Part shown: positions 18,108 to 26,236 of the stretch, one piece after another | How positions within the stretch are numbered: the first letter of the stretch is position 1 | Layout of the letters: every line of letters starts with the position of its first letter | Source of the DNA: Chlamydiales bacterium | GTDB taxonomy: Bacteria > Chlamydiota > Chlamydiia > Chlamydiales > JACKPQ01 | Direction: 5' to 3' | Assembly (NCBI GenBank): GCA_024233455.1 | Contig: JACKPP010000002.1 | Span: 98,825-162,824 of the forward strand | DNA: 64,000 nucleotides | Program-made: the position numbers and the translations under genes | The notes under the pieces: generated by a model | Told to the model about the DNA's origin: nothing | The model's database searches: none | The model's input: only the letters and a program-made list of their open reading frames with translations

Positions 18108-19017
18108 ATACATCATTGCATGTGGACTGGCAACATCAGCGTGTTTTGGACAAACGCATTGGTTCACTGGGCCTATTGTGGTCTTATCTGGAGAGGTCAT
18201 TCCTAAAGGCCACATCAATGTAGAACCGTTCTTGTTCCAATTTTGGAACAGCGGCTGGTACAATGAAGACTGGAAGCGCATATCCACCCCCACAGTCCGC
18301 TCAACTAATCCCCAGCTTTGTATTTCGCGTGGATTTGCCCAAAATTTTGACGTCGAAATTATACCTCAAATGTTTTTTAATCAAAGTGGAAGTGCGCAAA
18401 GCTGGCGAATGGGAGACTTTCCTTTTATCCTAGGCTTTCAAGCCTTATGGCAAAAGCCTGGCACTTGGATCCCTTCCTTACGCATCACCTTGCAAGAGAC
18501 TTTCCCAAGTGGTCAGTATAATAAATTCACCCCGTCTAAACAACTTACCCAATCATCAGGTGCAGGTTCATATCAAACCTCTCTGGGTTTAAATTTCCAA
18601 AAGCTCATTTCTTTTGATCCTATCCATGCCTTGCAGCTGTATTGGAGCTTAACCTACACCGTTCCTTCTCCTACCCATGTGAATGGCTTAAATTTTTACG
18701 GAGGTGATCCCAAAACCAATGGGACTGTATACCCAGGCAAGCTATTACAGGCGATTGTTTCATTTGAGTACAATTTCACCAAGCACTGGGCTGTGGCTTG
18801 CGATGTGGTAAACCTCTGGCGTGAGGCTGACCGTTTTTCTGGGAAAACGACGGTTAAATCGCGCCGCGGCTCTGGTTACAATTTAAGTCTTGCACCAGGC
18901 ATTGAATATAATGTGAACGGTAATTTAGGGTTTATTTTTGGAAGCTGGCTTTCTGCTGCAGGACGCAACTCCTTTGCTTTTACCAGTGCTGTATTTGCCG
19001 TCAATTACTATCACTGA
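18085..19017 (+). CDS. porin-like outer-membrane beta-barrel protein (family member 2)
   Basis: GTG start overlaps the FtsH-like gene by 23 nt. It has the signal peptide RIPLLRKYIIACGLATSACFG. Blocks PKGHINVEPFLF, FPSGQYNKFTP, SGAGSYQTSLGLNF and LSLAPGIEYN..GSWLSAAGRNS are shared with 7647 and 19030. Confidence 0.7.
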   Translation: MRIPLLRKYIIACGLATSACFGQTHWFTGPIVVLSGEVIPKGHINVEPFLFQFWNSGWYNEDWKRISTPTVRSTNPQLCISRGFAQNFDVEIIPQMFFNQSGSAQSWRMGDFPFILGFQALWQKPGTWIPSLRITLQETFPSGQYNKFTPSKQLTQSSGAGSYQTSLGLNFQKLISFDPIHALQLYWSLTYTVPSPTHVNGLNFYGGDPKTNGTVYPGKLLQAIVSFEYNFTKHWAVACDVVNLWREADRFSGKTTVKSRRGSGYNLSLAPGIEYNVNGNLGFIFGSWLSAAGRNSFAFTSAVFAVNYYH

Positions 19018-19029
19018 TAGGATAGTCTT

Positions 19030-19968
19030 ATGAGAGTGTTTTTTGCCTTATGTTGCTGTACTTCTTTAATAGCTGCTGATTTTACTCCTTGGTTTACCGG
19101 TTCACTGCTCTCACTTCCCGGCCACGTTGTTGGAAACAAAAAAACCAACTACCAGCCCTACCTCTACTACACCAAGGATTACGGATTTTACGATAACAAA
19201 TGGCGCAAGCAATCCACACCATCAACCAGTGTTTGGAATCCTCAGCTGTTAATTACCCGTGGTTTTGGCAATTGGTTTGATTTTAAGATCGAACCGCAAA
19301 TGTTTATCAAATCAGAAAAAGGCCAAACTGCCACGCGATTCGGAGATTTCCCGGTTGTTTTGGGATTCCAGGCGCTCAATCAAACCCGGGGAAGTTGGAT
19401 CCCCGATTTGCGCATTACTTTGCGCGAAAGCTTTCCAAGTGGCCATCACGATCGGCTAAATCCGGCAAAACTTGGCACTGGTGGGAGCGGCTCTGGCTCG
19501 TACGAGACAAGTCTTGGATTCAACTTTCAGCGGCTAGAGCATCTTTTCGGTATCCATTACTTTAGATGGCGCCTCAACCTTGTCTACACCATTCCTTCCC
19601 CTACCCATGTAGATGGTTTTAACGTCTATGGTGGTGGTTTTAGCACCAATGGCACCATTTATCCCGGGAACCATTGTTTTGCCATCTTTGCCTTTGAATA
19701 TAATTTTAATCAGAATTGGGTCTTAGCTTGCGATTTCATGCAAACCTATGGCAATCGCACCAGATTTTCGGGCAAGCCAGGGCGTGACCAACTGGGTAAT
19801 CCTGCTAGGATTGGCTCCCCCTCATCAGATACACTGAGCATAGCTCCTGCTCTTGAATACAATTTTTCCAAAGCACTCGGCATCATAGGCGGCGTTTGGT
19901 TTTCGGCAAGAGGCCGCAACTCTGAAGACTTTATTAGCTACGTCCTTTCAGTTAACTACTTCATGTAA
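19030..19968 (+). CDS. porin-like outer-membrane beta-barrel protein (family member 3, tandem paralogue)
   Basis: Signal peptide MRVFFALCCCTSLIAA. It has the same blocks: NYQPYLYY, FPSGHHDRLNP, SGSGSYETSLGFNF, LSIAPALEYN..GGVWFSARGRNS. It lies 12 nt after the previous paralogue. Confidence 0.7.
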   Translation: MRVFFALCCCTSLIAADFTPWFTGSLLSLPGHVVGNKKTNYQPYLYYTKDYGFYDNKWRKQSTPSTSVWNPQLLITRGFGNWFDFKIEPQMFIKSEKGQTATRFGDFPVVLGFQALNQTRGSWIPDLRITLRESFPSGHHDRLNPAKLGTGGSGSGSYETSLGFNFQRLEHLFGIHYFRWRLNLVYTIPSPTHVDGFNVYGGGFSTNGTIYPGNHCFAIFAFEYNFNQNWVLACDFMQTYGNRTRFSGKPGRDQLGNPARIGSPSSDTLSIAPALEYNFSKALGIIGGVWFSARGRNSEDFISYVLSVNYFM

Positions 19969-20014
19969 AGACAGAGTGGGGATTTGTGGTGCTTACATAA
20001 TCAACTGGCATGCT

Positions 20015-20986
20015 CTAATGGCTATTAAAGATGAGGGTAAGGAGAAAGTGATCGAGCCAGCGTACACCGCCTTCACTTCCTGGAACCCCTAGGTAACCGA
20101 GGTGTCCACCACGAGCAGTCTTGTAGATCGAAATATTACTCGGAAGGGTCACATTATCAAGTACCGAGGAGTCAATGATGGGATCGTCTTCGGCAAAGAG
20201 AATTTGGCACGGTATCGCTATGTTGTGCACCACTTTTAAAGCCTGATCGTTGCGGTAGTAGTCAAAAACATTGGAAAATCCAAAAAGGGGCGCCATGTAG
20301 ATGCTGTCAAAATCGAGCACTTTAAGCTCACGTGAGAGGTGGATTTCAGGCAGCTCGGGAAAGTGTTTGTGCCTATATAGAACATCCTCAATCATGAGTT
20401 TCATGAAATAACGCTCATAGATGCGGTTCTTGGGATTTTCAATGCGGTGAATGCCCGAGACTAGATCGACTGGAGGGCTAACCGCAATGACCCGCTGGAG
20501 ATATTCAGGGCCCCGTTCGGCCAGTTCACCACAAAGCTTGAGCACGACGTTACCTCCAAGCGAAAATCCCATTAAAATGATCGGAGAGTTGGGAGTTTCC
20601 TGTTTGAGTTGGTTGATCACACAAAGCGCATCATCGCTACAGCCCGCCCGGTAAACACGACGGGCAAGCCCCTTACCGCTGCCACATCCACGCATGTTGA
20701 CTCGGACAACTCTCAACCCTTTGGCTGCCAGCTTCCGGGCCATTCTAATCATGTATGGCGATTTGTGTGAACCGCAGAGACCATGGATCATAACGACTGT
20801 TTGATCGGTAGCTTCCCAGGTAGGTGGTGTGGTTATTTCCACTGCAAGCCAATCATGATCAGGTAGATGGATATACCTGGTCTTGGAAAAAGGTGCCCTG
20901 CAAAAGTTAATAAAGGAGGAAAGAATGGTCTGCTTATGGCAGCCAGTTAGGAATGGCAAGGGTGTGAAATCAGGCAAGTTATTCAT
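20015..20986 (-). CDS. alpha/beta-fold hydrolase (YheT/ABHD-type)
   Basis: VVMIHGLCGSHKSPY...RGCGSG...GFSLGGN (nucleophile elbow GxSxG), with a C-terminal ..DD...GGH catalytic pattern. Length 323 aa. Confidence 0.8.
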   Translation of the reverse strand: MNNLPDFTPLPFLTGCHKQTILSSFINFCRAPFSKTRYIHLPDHDWLAVEITTPPTWEATDQTVVMIHGLCGSHKSPYMIRMARKLAAKGLRVVRVNMRGCGSGKGLARRVYRAGCSDDALCVINQLKQETPNSPIILMGFSLGGNVVLKLCGELAERGPEYLQRVIAVSPPVDLVSGIHRIENPKNRIYERYFMKLMIEDVLYRHKHFPELPEIHLSRELKVLDFDSIYMAPLFGFSNVFDYYRNDQALKVVHNIAIPCQILFAEDDPIIDSSVLDNVTLPSNISIYKTARGGHLGYLGVPGSEGGVRWLDHFLLTLIFNSH

Positions 20987-21041
20987 AGTAATTATGACAG
21001 GGTTCTAATTATTTATATAACGTAATTATCTATAAAATCAA

Positions 21042-21521
21042 CTATAAAATGAAATTAAGCGGGACTCCAAATAGAAAAACTAAATTATTAACCCCAGGAT
21101 TAGGATGCGCTGTGCCGAAATTGGTCAGATATGAGTATTGAAGACCAAGTCTGATGCGATTTGAGTAGACCCGCGTAAGTTCAATTGCAGGGCGAAACTG
21201 GATGAAACTCCCCAGATTTTGGCCATTGCCTCTGGAGTAGCCTCCTACTGCAGCGCTAGGTGTGAGCTTGTACTTTTCACCAAGTCCAATGTCATAGGCC
21301 AAACCCAAATAGCCCAAAAAAGCTTCGTTGGTCGTAAAGGTGACCCCTGCCATGGTGTGGATGTGATAGAAGGCATGACCGCCGCGATATTCAAGTTGGG
21401 CTGAGCCTTGCGTTTTTCCTCCAATGTCAAATAAGCCAACACCGCCCATTAGAAGCGGTGGATTATCAGCTGCAAAACAGCTTGCAAAAGCCAATGCTAG
21501 GAACAAAACGCAATTTTTCAT
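21042..21521 (-). CDS. small 8-stranded outer-membrane beta-barrel, PagL/acyloxyacyl-hydrolase-like
   Basis: The start was trimmed to ATG 21521 (MKNCVLFLALAFASCFA, a signal peptide). About 140 mature residues show alternating beta pattern. The C-terminal block LQYSYLTNFGTAHPNPGVNNLVF resembles the PagL-family H-x-S-N...NPG block, but with Y and T at the His and Ser positions. Confidence 0.45.
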   Translation of the reverse strand: MKNCVLFLALAFASCFAADNPPLLMGGVGLFDIGGKTQGSAQLEYRGGHAFYHIHTMAGVTFTTNEAFLGYLGLAYDIGLGEKYKLTPSAAVGGYSRGNGQNLGSFIQFRPAIELTRVYSNRIRLGLQYSYLTNFGTAHPNPGVNNLVFLFGVPLNFIL

Positions 21522-21681
21522 TTCGTGGATGATATACGAGACAATCCCACTATTCAAGAAACATTCCGCCCCCATTGATCTTTGTTTAACCCAATTGAAA
21601 TTGAAAGAACTTGATCATTCTAAAGTTGTAAAAATAAATGAAAAATTGATAGCATGTCTTAGATTTTAACGAAGATTGACT

Positions 21682-22239
21682 ATGAAAACATGTGGTAGCT
21701 TGATTGCTCTGATTTGGGTGGCAACTTTGTTTGCTAGGTTTGATAGTCACCAGCTCCAGCGTATAGCCCCTGCTGGTAAACGAATCGAAATTGAAGATCA
21801 CTCAATTTGGTACATTGCACCTCATTCAAGGAGTAGGATACAGGATTGGAAAAAGGGAGATACTTTGCAAATTTATCCCAATCTCGATTCTTTCTCCAAC
21901 TCCTCTTTTCCCTACTATATTAAAAATAAGAGAAAGCCTTTAACGCCTGTTGCCTCGAATTTGCAACTTGGACCAGAGAAAGCATCCACCAATGCGATTT
22001 GGATTAATCAAGTACATGTTGCCAATCAGCAAATTACTTTGCAAAATGGTCAGGATAAGATAACGCATTGGCAAGTTGAACCTAAAGATAAAGAATTTCT
22101 AAAAACTTGGAAACCCACTCAAGGCATTGTAATAGGCAATAATAAGGGACTGCTTTCATGGTGGTATTCTTCTTGCGAGTATATTTTGATCAATGTTAAC
22201 CGAGGCGAATGGATAAGAGTACAACCTTTGCAAAACTAG
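21682..22239 (+). CDS. secreted hypothetical protein with two copies of a small beta-rich module
   Basis: The track start at 21676 is TTG; ATG 21682 gives MKTCGSLIALIWVATLFA, a signal peptide. There are two modules: IEIEDHSIWYIAP..IQDWKKGDTLQIYPN..YYIKN and ITLQNG..THWQVEP..LKTWKPTQGIVIG..YILINVNRGEWIRVQ. Confidence 0.5.
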   Translation: MKTCGSLIALIWVATLFARFDSHQLQRIAPAGKRIEIEDHSIWYIAPHSRSRIQDWKKGDTLQIYPNLDSFSNSSFPYYIKNKRKPLTPVASNLQLGPEKASTNAIWINQVHVANQQITLQNGQDKITHWQVEPKDKEFLKTWKPTQGIVIGNNKGLLSWWYSSCEYILINVNRGEWIRVQPLQN

Positions 22240-22246
22240 GAAGTCT

Positions 22247-24250
22247 ATGCATCCCATTTTAAAAACCGCACCTTCGAAACAAGCTTTTTGTTCAATAAAG
22301 CATCAGTCAATTATCTTTTCTATTTGTGCAATTGCATTTACAGTTTTTTACGTTTTAATTGTAGTTAGCTTGGCAAGAAGATTAATATTTAGAGTTAACC
22401 AAAAACATGGTGCGAAAAGCGGCTCTTGTGACCCGACAATCATTAGGCAGTCGGTATGGCATAGCTCTAAGATAACCATGGAACAGGTTATAGCCGCCTT
22501 AAATAACGATACCGACGAGGTAGCTTGTACCCTTATTCAGCAGTTTAAACAGCCGCTCACAGAGGAAGTTTTGGAACTTGCGGTTGAGCAAGGTAAGTTA
22601 AAATCAGCGGTTTTAGCTGTTACAAATGGAGCACCACTAAGTAAGAGCACCGTAGAAAAGGTTATTAAGCATCGCCATTTACGTATACTTGAAACCTTTG
22701 CTCATACAGGAAAGGTAAAAGAGATTATTCCGGTATTTGCCGCTGTGATCAAGGCCAGATGGAAGGCCGGAGCTGAAAAGTTATTCCCAAACATCAAAAA
22801 AGATCTTCCAGCGGATATTGTAGTGATGGTAATGGAAAATGGCTGGAAAATATGGGCCGAGAAGATGATTGATGAAGGCCAGCCTATTGATGCAGCCTGT
22901 TTTTTAAAAGCTACTTATATGGGTTGGTTATCGACTTTAGAAAAACTCTGTTCCAGAAAGCCCAACGATATGCAAGAAGGGCTGGATCGGGCACTTAACC
23001 AAGATGCTGTGTGGTCTGATAAGTATCAGGAGGAGGTGTGTCTTTTTCTTATTAAAAAAGGCGCTAAACCAAACAATATGCAAACCGCAATACAAAATGC
23101 GCGCAAACATAATTGGACCCATGTTGTAAAATACTTTGACCTATCCCATTCCCTCCAACAACTTTTAGATGAAATACACGCAGTAGATGATTCCTCTATC
23201 AGTGGGGTTTTAGCTACTAAAGCATTCGATCCTAGCATAGATATTTATTCCATTAGCGGAAAGCATTTTTTTGACGAAGCTATGCGAAGTGGAAATTTAT
23301 CTTACGTTAGTGGATTGTTAGCTATCGAGAATACCCATTATCTTGCAAGTAAAGCAGCTGACCGGTTTGTTTCAGCTGTAAATATAGTAAGGTGCGCAGT
23401 AACGAGGCATAGATTAGCCATTGATCAGCATTTGCTTTCAGATATGGCATCAGCGATTTTAAAAAGTGAAGCTGTTGATGCATCCGCAAAGAGTAGCGCT
23501 AAATATATTTTAGAAGTGGTCAATAACAGGCATTCAGACCGACATATGATCGACAGTGAATTCGGTAGACGCTGTTTAATTCCTGGGGTTAATAGTCTTG
23601 AAGAAAAGGCCAAAATAGCGCAAAAGTTTTCTAAAACATTGATCAATCACAGGGATAAATATGAACGCTCGTTGTTACGACAACTTTTGGCAGGTCCGTC
23701 TCAGCCAAAAGATGAAGCAGTGAATTTTTTGATCAACAATGGTGCTCGCATATTTCTGGGCGATTTAAGACTCGCCTTGGATTTTAGTGATCAAAAAATT
23801 GCGCTGAGTTTATTAAAAGAATTGTTCTCGCATCTAGAGGATTTGCTCTGTGATGTAGTCTCTGCTGACTTTTTTAACAAGCCTTATGTATTAGACTGTG
23901 GACATACGCTTGATGAGTCTACATGCAATGGACTTAAACAGCCTCGATCTGACTTTTGCGAATATGAACGAATTGGCGCCTTCAGTTTGGGATCGCCATA
24001 CGTCTTACCCGCCAAGCAATGTCCACATTGCTTAAAGATCTACGAGGAAAAAGTTTTGTCAACATTCACCCAAAGACTTGTAAAGCTGATCACTCATCAG
24101 GATGATACAACCCCTGAGGCCTTTGTGGAGCTGATTGATGAAGCTATACAAGCCAATGCGTCAAATACCAATCCCATTTTGCTCAAAGAAGTGCTCCGGC
24201 AAAATGTTTTGGATAGCGTGACTCACGAGGGGTGGGTTAAGCTTGTTTAA
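22247..24250 (+). CDS. membrane-anchored repeat protein with C-terminal U-box-like domain (candidate E3-ligase-type effector)
   Basis: It has an N-terminal TM (IIFSICAIAFTVFYVLIVVSLA) and ANK/HEAT-like helical repeats. Residues ~532-616, DLLCDVVSADFFNKPYVLDCGHTLDESTCNGL...QCPHCLKIYEEKVLSTFTQRLVKLI, match the U-box pattern D.LC..I....M..P.....GhTyd...I...L...CP......L.pN..L..lI with a ~28-aa loop insertion. The gene is AT-richer than its neighbours. Confidence 0.55.
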   Translation: MHPILKTAPSKQAFCSIKHQSIIFSICAIAFTVFYVLIVVSLARRLIFRVNQKHGAKSGSCDPTIIRQSVWHSSKITMEQVIAALNNDTDEVACTLIQQFKQPLTEEVLELAVEQGKLKSAVLAVTNGAPLSKSTVEKVIKHRHLRILETFAHTGKVKEIIPVFAAVIKARWKAGAEKLFPNIKKDLPADIVVMVMENGWKIWAEKMIDEGQPIDAACFLKATYMGWLSTLEKLCSRKPNDMQEGLDRALNQDAVWSDKYQEEVCLFLIKKGAKPNNMQTAIQNARKHNWTHVVKYFDLSHSLQQLLDEIHAVDDSSISGVLATKAFDPSIDIYSISGKHFFDEAMRSGNLSYVSGLLAIENTHYLASKAADRFVSAVNIVRCAVTRHRLAIDQHLLSDMASAILKSEAVDASAKSSAKYILEVVNNRHSDRHMIDSEFGRRCLIPGVNSLEEKAKIAQKFSKTLINHRDKYERSLLRQLLAGPSQPKDEAVNFLINNGARIFLGDLRLALDFSDQKIALSLLKELFSHLEDLLCDVVSADFFNKPYVLDCGHTLDESTCNGLKQPRSDFCEYERIGAFSLGSPYVLPAKQCPHCLKIYEEKVLSTFTQRLVKLITHQDDTTPEAFVELIDEAIQANASNTNPILLKEVLRQNVLDSVTHEGWVKLV

Positions 24251-26219
24251 AGTGTTGGGTTTCGTACTCATCGAGAAGGATTGGCCGATAAATGCGCTGC
24301 CTATAAAGGCGTTTAAAGAAGGTTTCGTAGCAGTGAACATCACCCAAGAGCTCTTTTACCAGTTCCGGATATTGACCGGCGATGTTGTTTTTTTCATGCG
24401 GGTCGGAAGCTAGATCGTAGAGGGCGATTTCTTTGGTCCCTCTGGTGTAGATCAGCTTGTAGTTATCATAACGACAGCCGAAATAGCCGTGCACATAGGG
24501 ATTGTGGAAGAAGATTTTTTTACCTCGCTTTTTTCGCAAAAGAGAGCTGCCGACGGTATGGTTAAGCCCTTTTAGATTTAGCAGGTCCATCACAGTTGGG
24601 AAGAGATCGATTTGACTTCCTAACTGGTCAATCATTTTTGGTGTTTGGATGCGTCCAGGAGCATGGATCAGACATGGCACATGGATGTTTTCCTCAAATA
24701 ATCCAAATTGGTTGACGATGCTCTGATCGTGCTCTCCCATCGGCTGGCCATGATCTCCTATAATGAATAGAATGGTGTTTTCGGCAAGTCCTTTTTCTTG
24801 GAGGGCTTTGGTTAGCCTACCCAGACACATGTCGCTGTAGTGGAAGGTACGCAGATAGCGGCCATAGTGGGGATTGTCAAACGCTGGTAGTGGTAGCCTG
24901 CGATGTGGCCCCGGCGGATCGATCCATGGATGATGGTTTGAGATGGTAAATAGGGTGCAAAATTGGGGGGTTTGGCGGTTTTTATCAAGGTGGTCGATAG
25001 TGTAATCCATTAGATATTGATCATGAACACCCCAACTAGTGCCGTGAGCTCCCGGAATGGCTTTGATGATTTCTTCAGTACCAGCTAGGTTATCGTAACC
25101 GTGAGAAGAGAGGCATTCTAACTGATTTTCAAAACTCAAATGATTACCGATAAAGTAGTTACACATGTAGCCACTCCGTTTTAAAACATGGGCAATGCTA
25201 ATGAGGGGAAAGCGAGGAACTGATGATGCATCGAAGGTTTCAACATCGGATGGAATACCAAATTGTGAGGCTGTGACCGCACGGCTTGTTTTTACTGAGT
25301 TGGAGTAAAAGTTTTTAAAGCAGATGCCCTCATGGGCTAATCGGTCAAAATTGGGCGTAATGGAATAAGCGCCGCCTAGAATGCCAATATCAGAGGCACG
25401 CCAAGATTCCATAAAAAGAAAGATCACATGGGGCTGTTCAGCAGCTTCGATACGGATATGGCAAGTTTTAACTCCAGTAAAACCGTGAGTATATTTAAGA
25501 ATGGGGTACTCTGGTGTTAGCAGCGTAAAATCTTCTTCATCATTAAAAAAGAGCTGCTTATTAGGCATGAGAAAGTCTTTGGAAAATCGCAATGTCGAAA
25601 ATAAGACGCTAAACCCCTTACAAAGGAGCCATATTTGCTGCATAAGTAGAGTATTAGATGTAGAGTAGGCAATACGTCTGGGCAAAAAAGCATGAGCACC
25701 AACTGAGACAACTGCAAGGGCTAAACCCGTCCACAAAAAAGGACTTGAGAGGATGAATACTGCCATATGGTTTTGTAGGTAGGCAATGGTGGTAAGGTTG
25801 ATGACCAACATTGCAGCGCCAATAATCAAAAATATCCACACTCCTCTGGCTTTAGCTGAATCCCAAAAAGATCTGATATCGCTTAGAAAAGCAAAAAACG
25901 AGACATCAAAGCGCATGGCTGTTTTGTAGAACAAAAAAGCATCAAATATCAAATCGATTTGGACCAGAAAATAGCCAAGGCCTAAGGCCCAAAAAAGAAA
26001 TGGAAAAGCAAATGGAGCATAGGTATTGAGTAGCATAACCAAAAATATGGCCTGCCACGCTAAAAAAGAGTCTTGGATAATGCCTAATCCTGTGATTATT
26101 CTTTTCATTAATAATGACTTACAAATGAGTTTGCGATGAAAAATTGCCAGGCGCACTACAAGTGCGGGAGCAAGTAGTAATAAAAAGAAGTAAACTTTGG
26201 GATACATAAATGGGCTCAT
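24237..26219 (-). CDS. sulfatase-family membrane protein (LtaS/OpgB-type phosphoglycerol or phosphoethanolamine transferase)
   Basis: A multi-TM N-terminal half plus an alkaline-phosphatase-superfamily domain: VIFLFMESWRASD, NFYSNSVKTSRA, IIGDHGQPMGEHD. Its 3' end overlaps the convergent 22247 gene by 14 nt. Confidence 0.8.
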   Translation of the reverse strand: MSPFMYPKVYFFLLLLAPALVVRLAIFHRKLICKSLLMKRIITGLGIIQDSFLAWQAIFLVMLLNTYAPFAFPFLFWALGLGYFLVQIDLIFDAFLFYKTAMRFDVSFFAFLSDIRSFWDSAKARGVWIFLIIGAAMLVINLTTIAYLQNHMAVFILSSPFLWTGLALAVVSVGAHAFLPRRIAYSTSNTLLMQQIWLLCKGFSVLFSTLRFSKDFLMPNKQLFFNDEEDFTLLTPEYPILKYTHGFTGVKTCHIRIEAAEQPHVIFLFMESWRASDIGILGGAYSITPNFDRLAHEGICFKNFYSNSVKTSRAVTASQFGIPSDVETFDASSVPRFPLISIAHVLKRSGYMCNYFIGNHLSFENQLECLSSHGYDNLAGTEEIIKAIPGAHGTSWGVHDQYLMDYTIDHLDKNRQTPQFCTLFTISNHHPWIDPPGPHRRLPLPAFDNPHYGRYLRTFHYSDMCLGRLTKALQEKGLAENTILFIIGDHGQPMGEHDQSIVNQFGLFEENIHVPCLIHAPGRIQTPKMIDQLGSQIDLFPTVMDLLNLKGLNHTVGSSLLRKKRGKKIFFHNPYVHGYFGCRYDNYKLIYTRGTKEIALYDLASDPHEKNNIAGQYPELVKELLGDVHCYETFFKRLYRQRIYRPILLDEYETQHFKQA

Positions 26220-26236
26220 AATTGCTTAATAACAAA

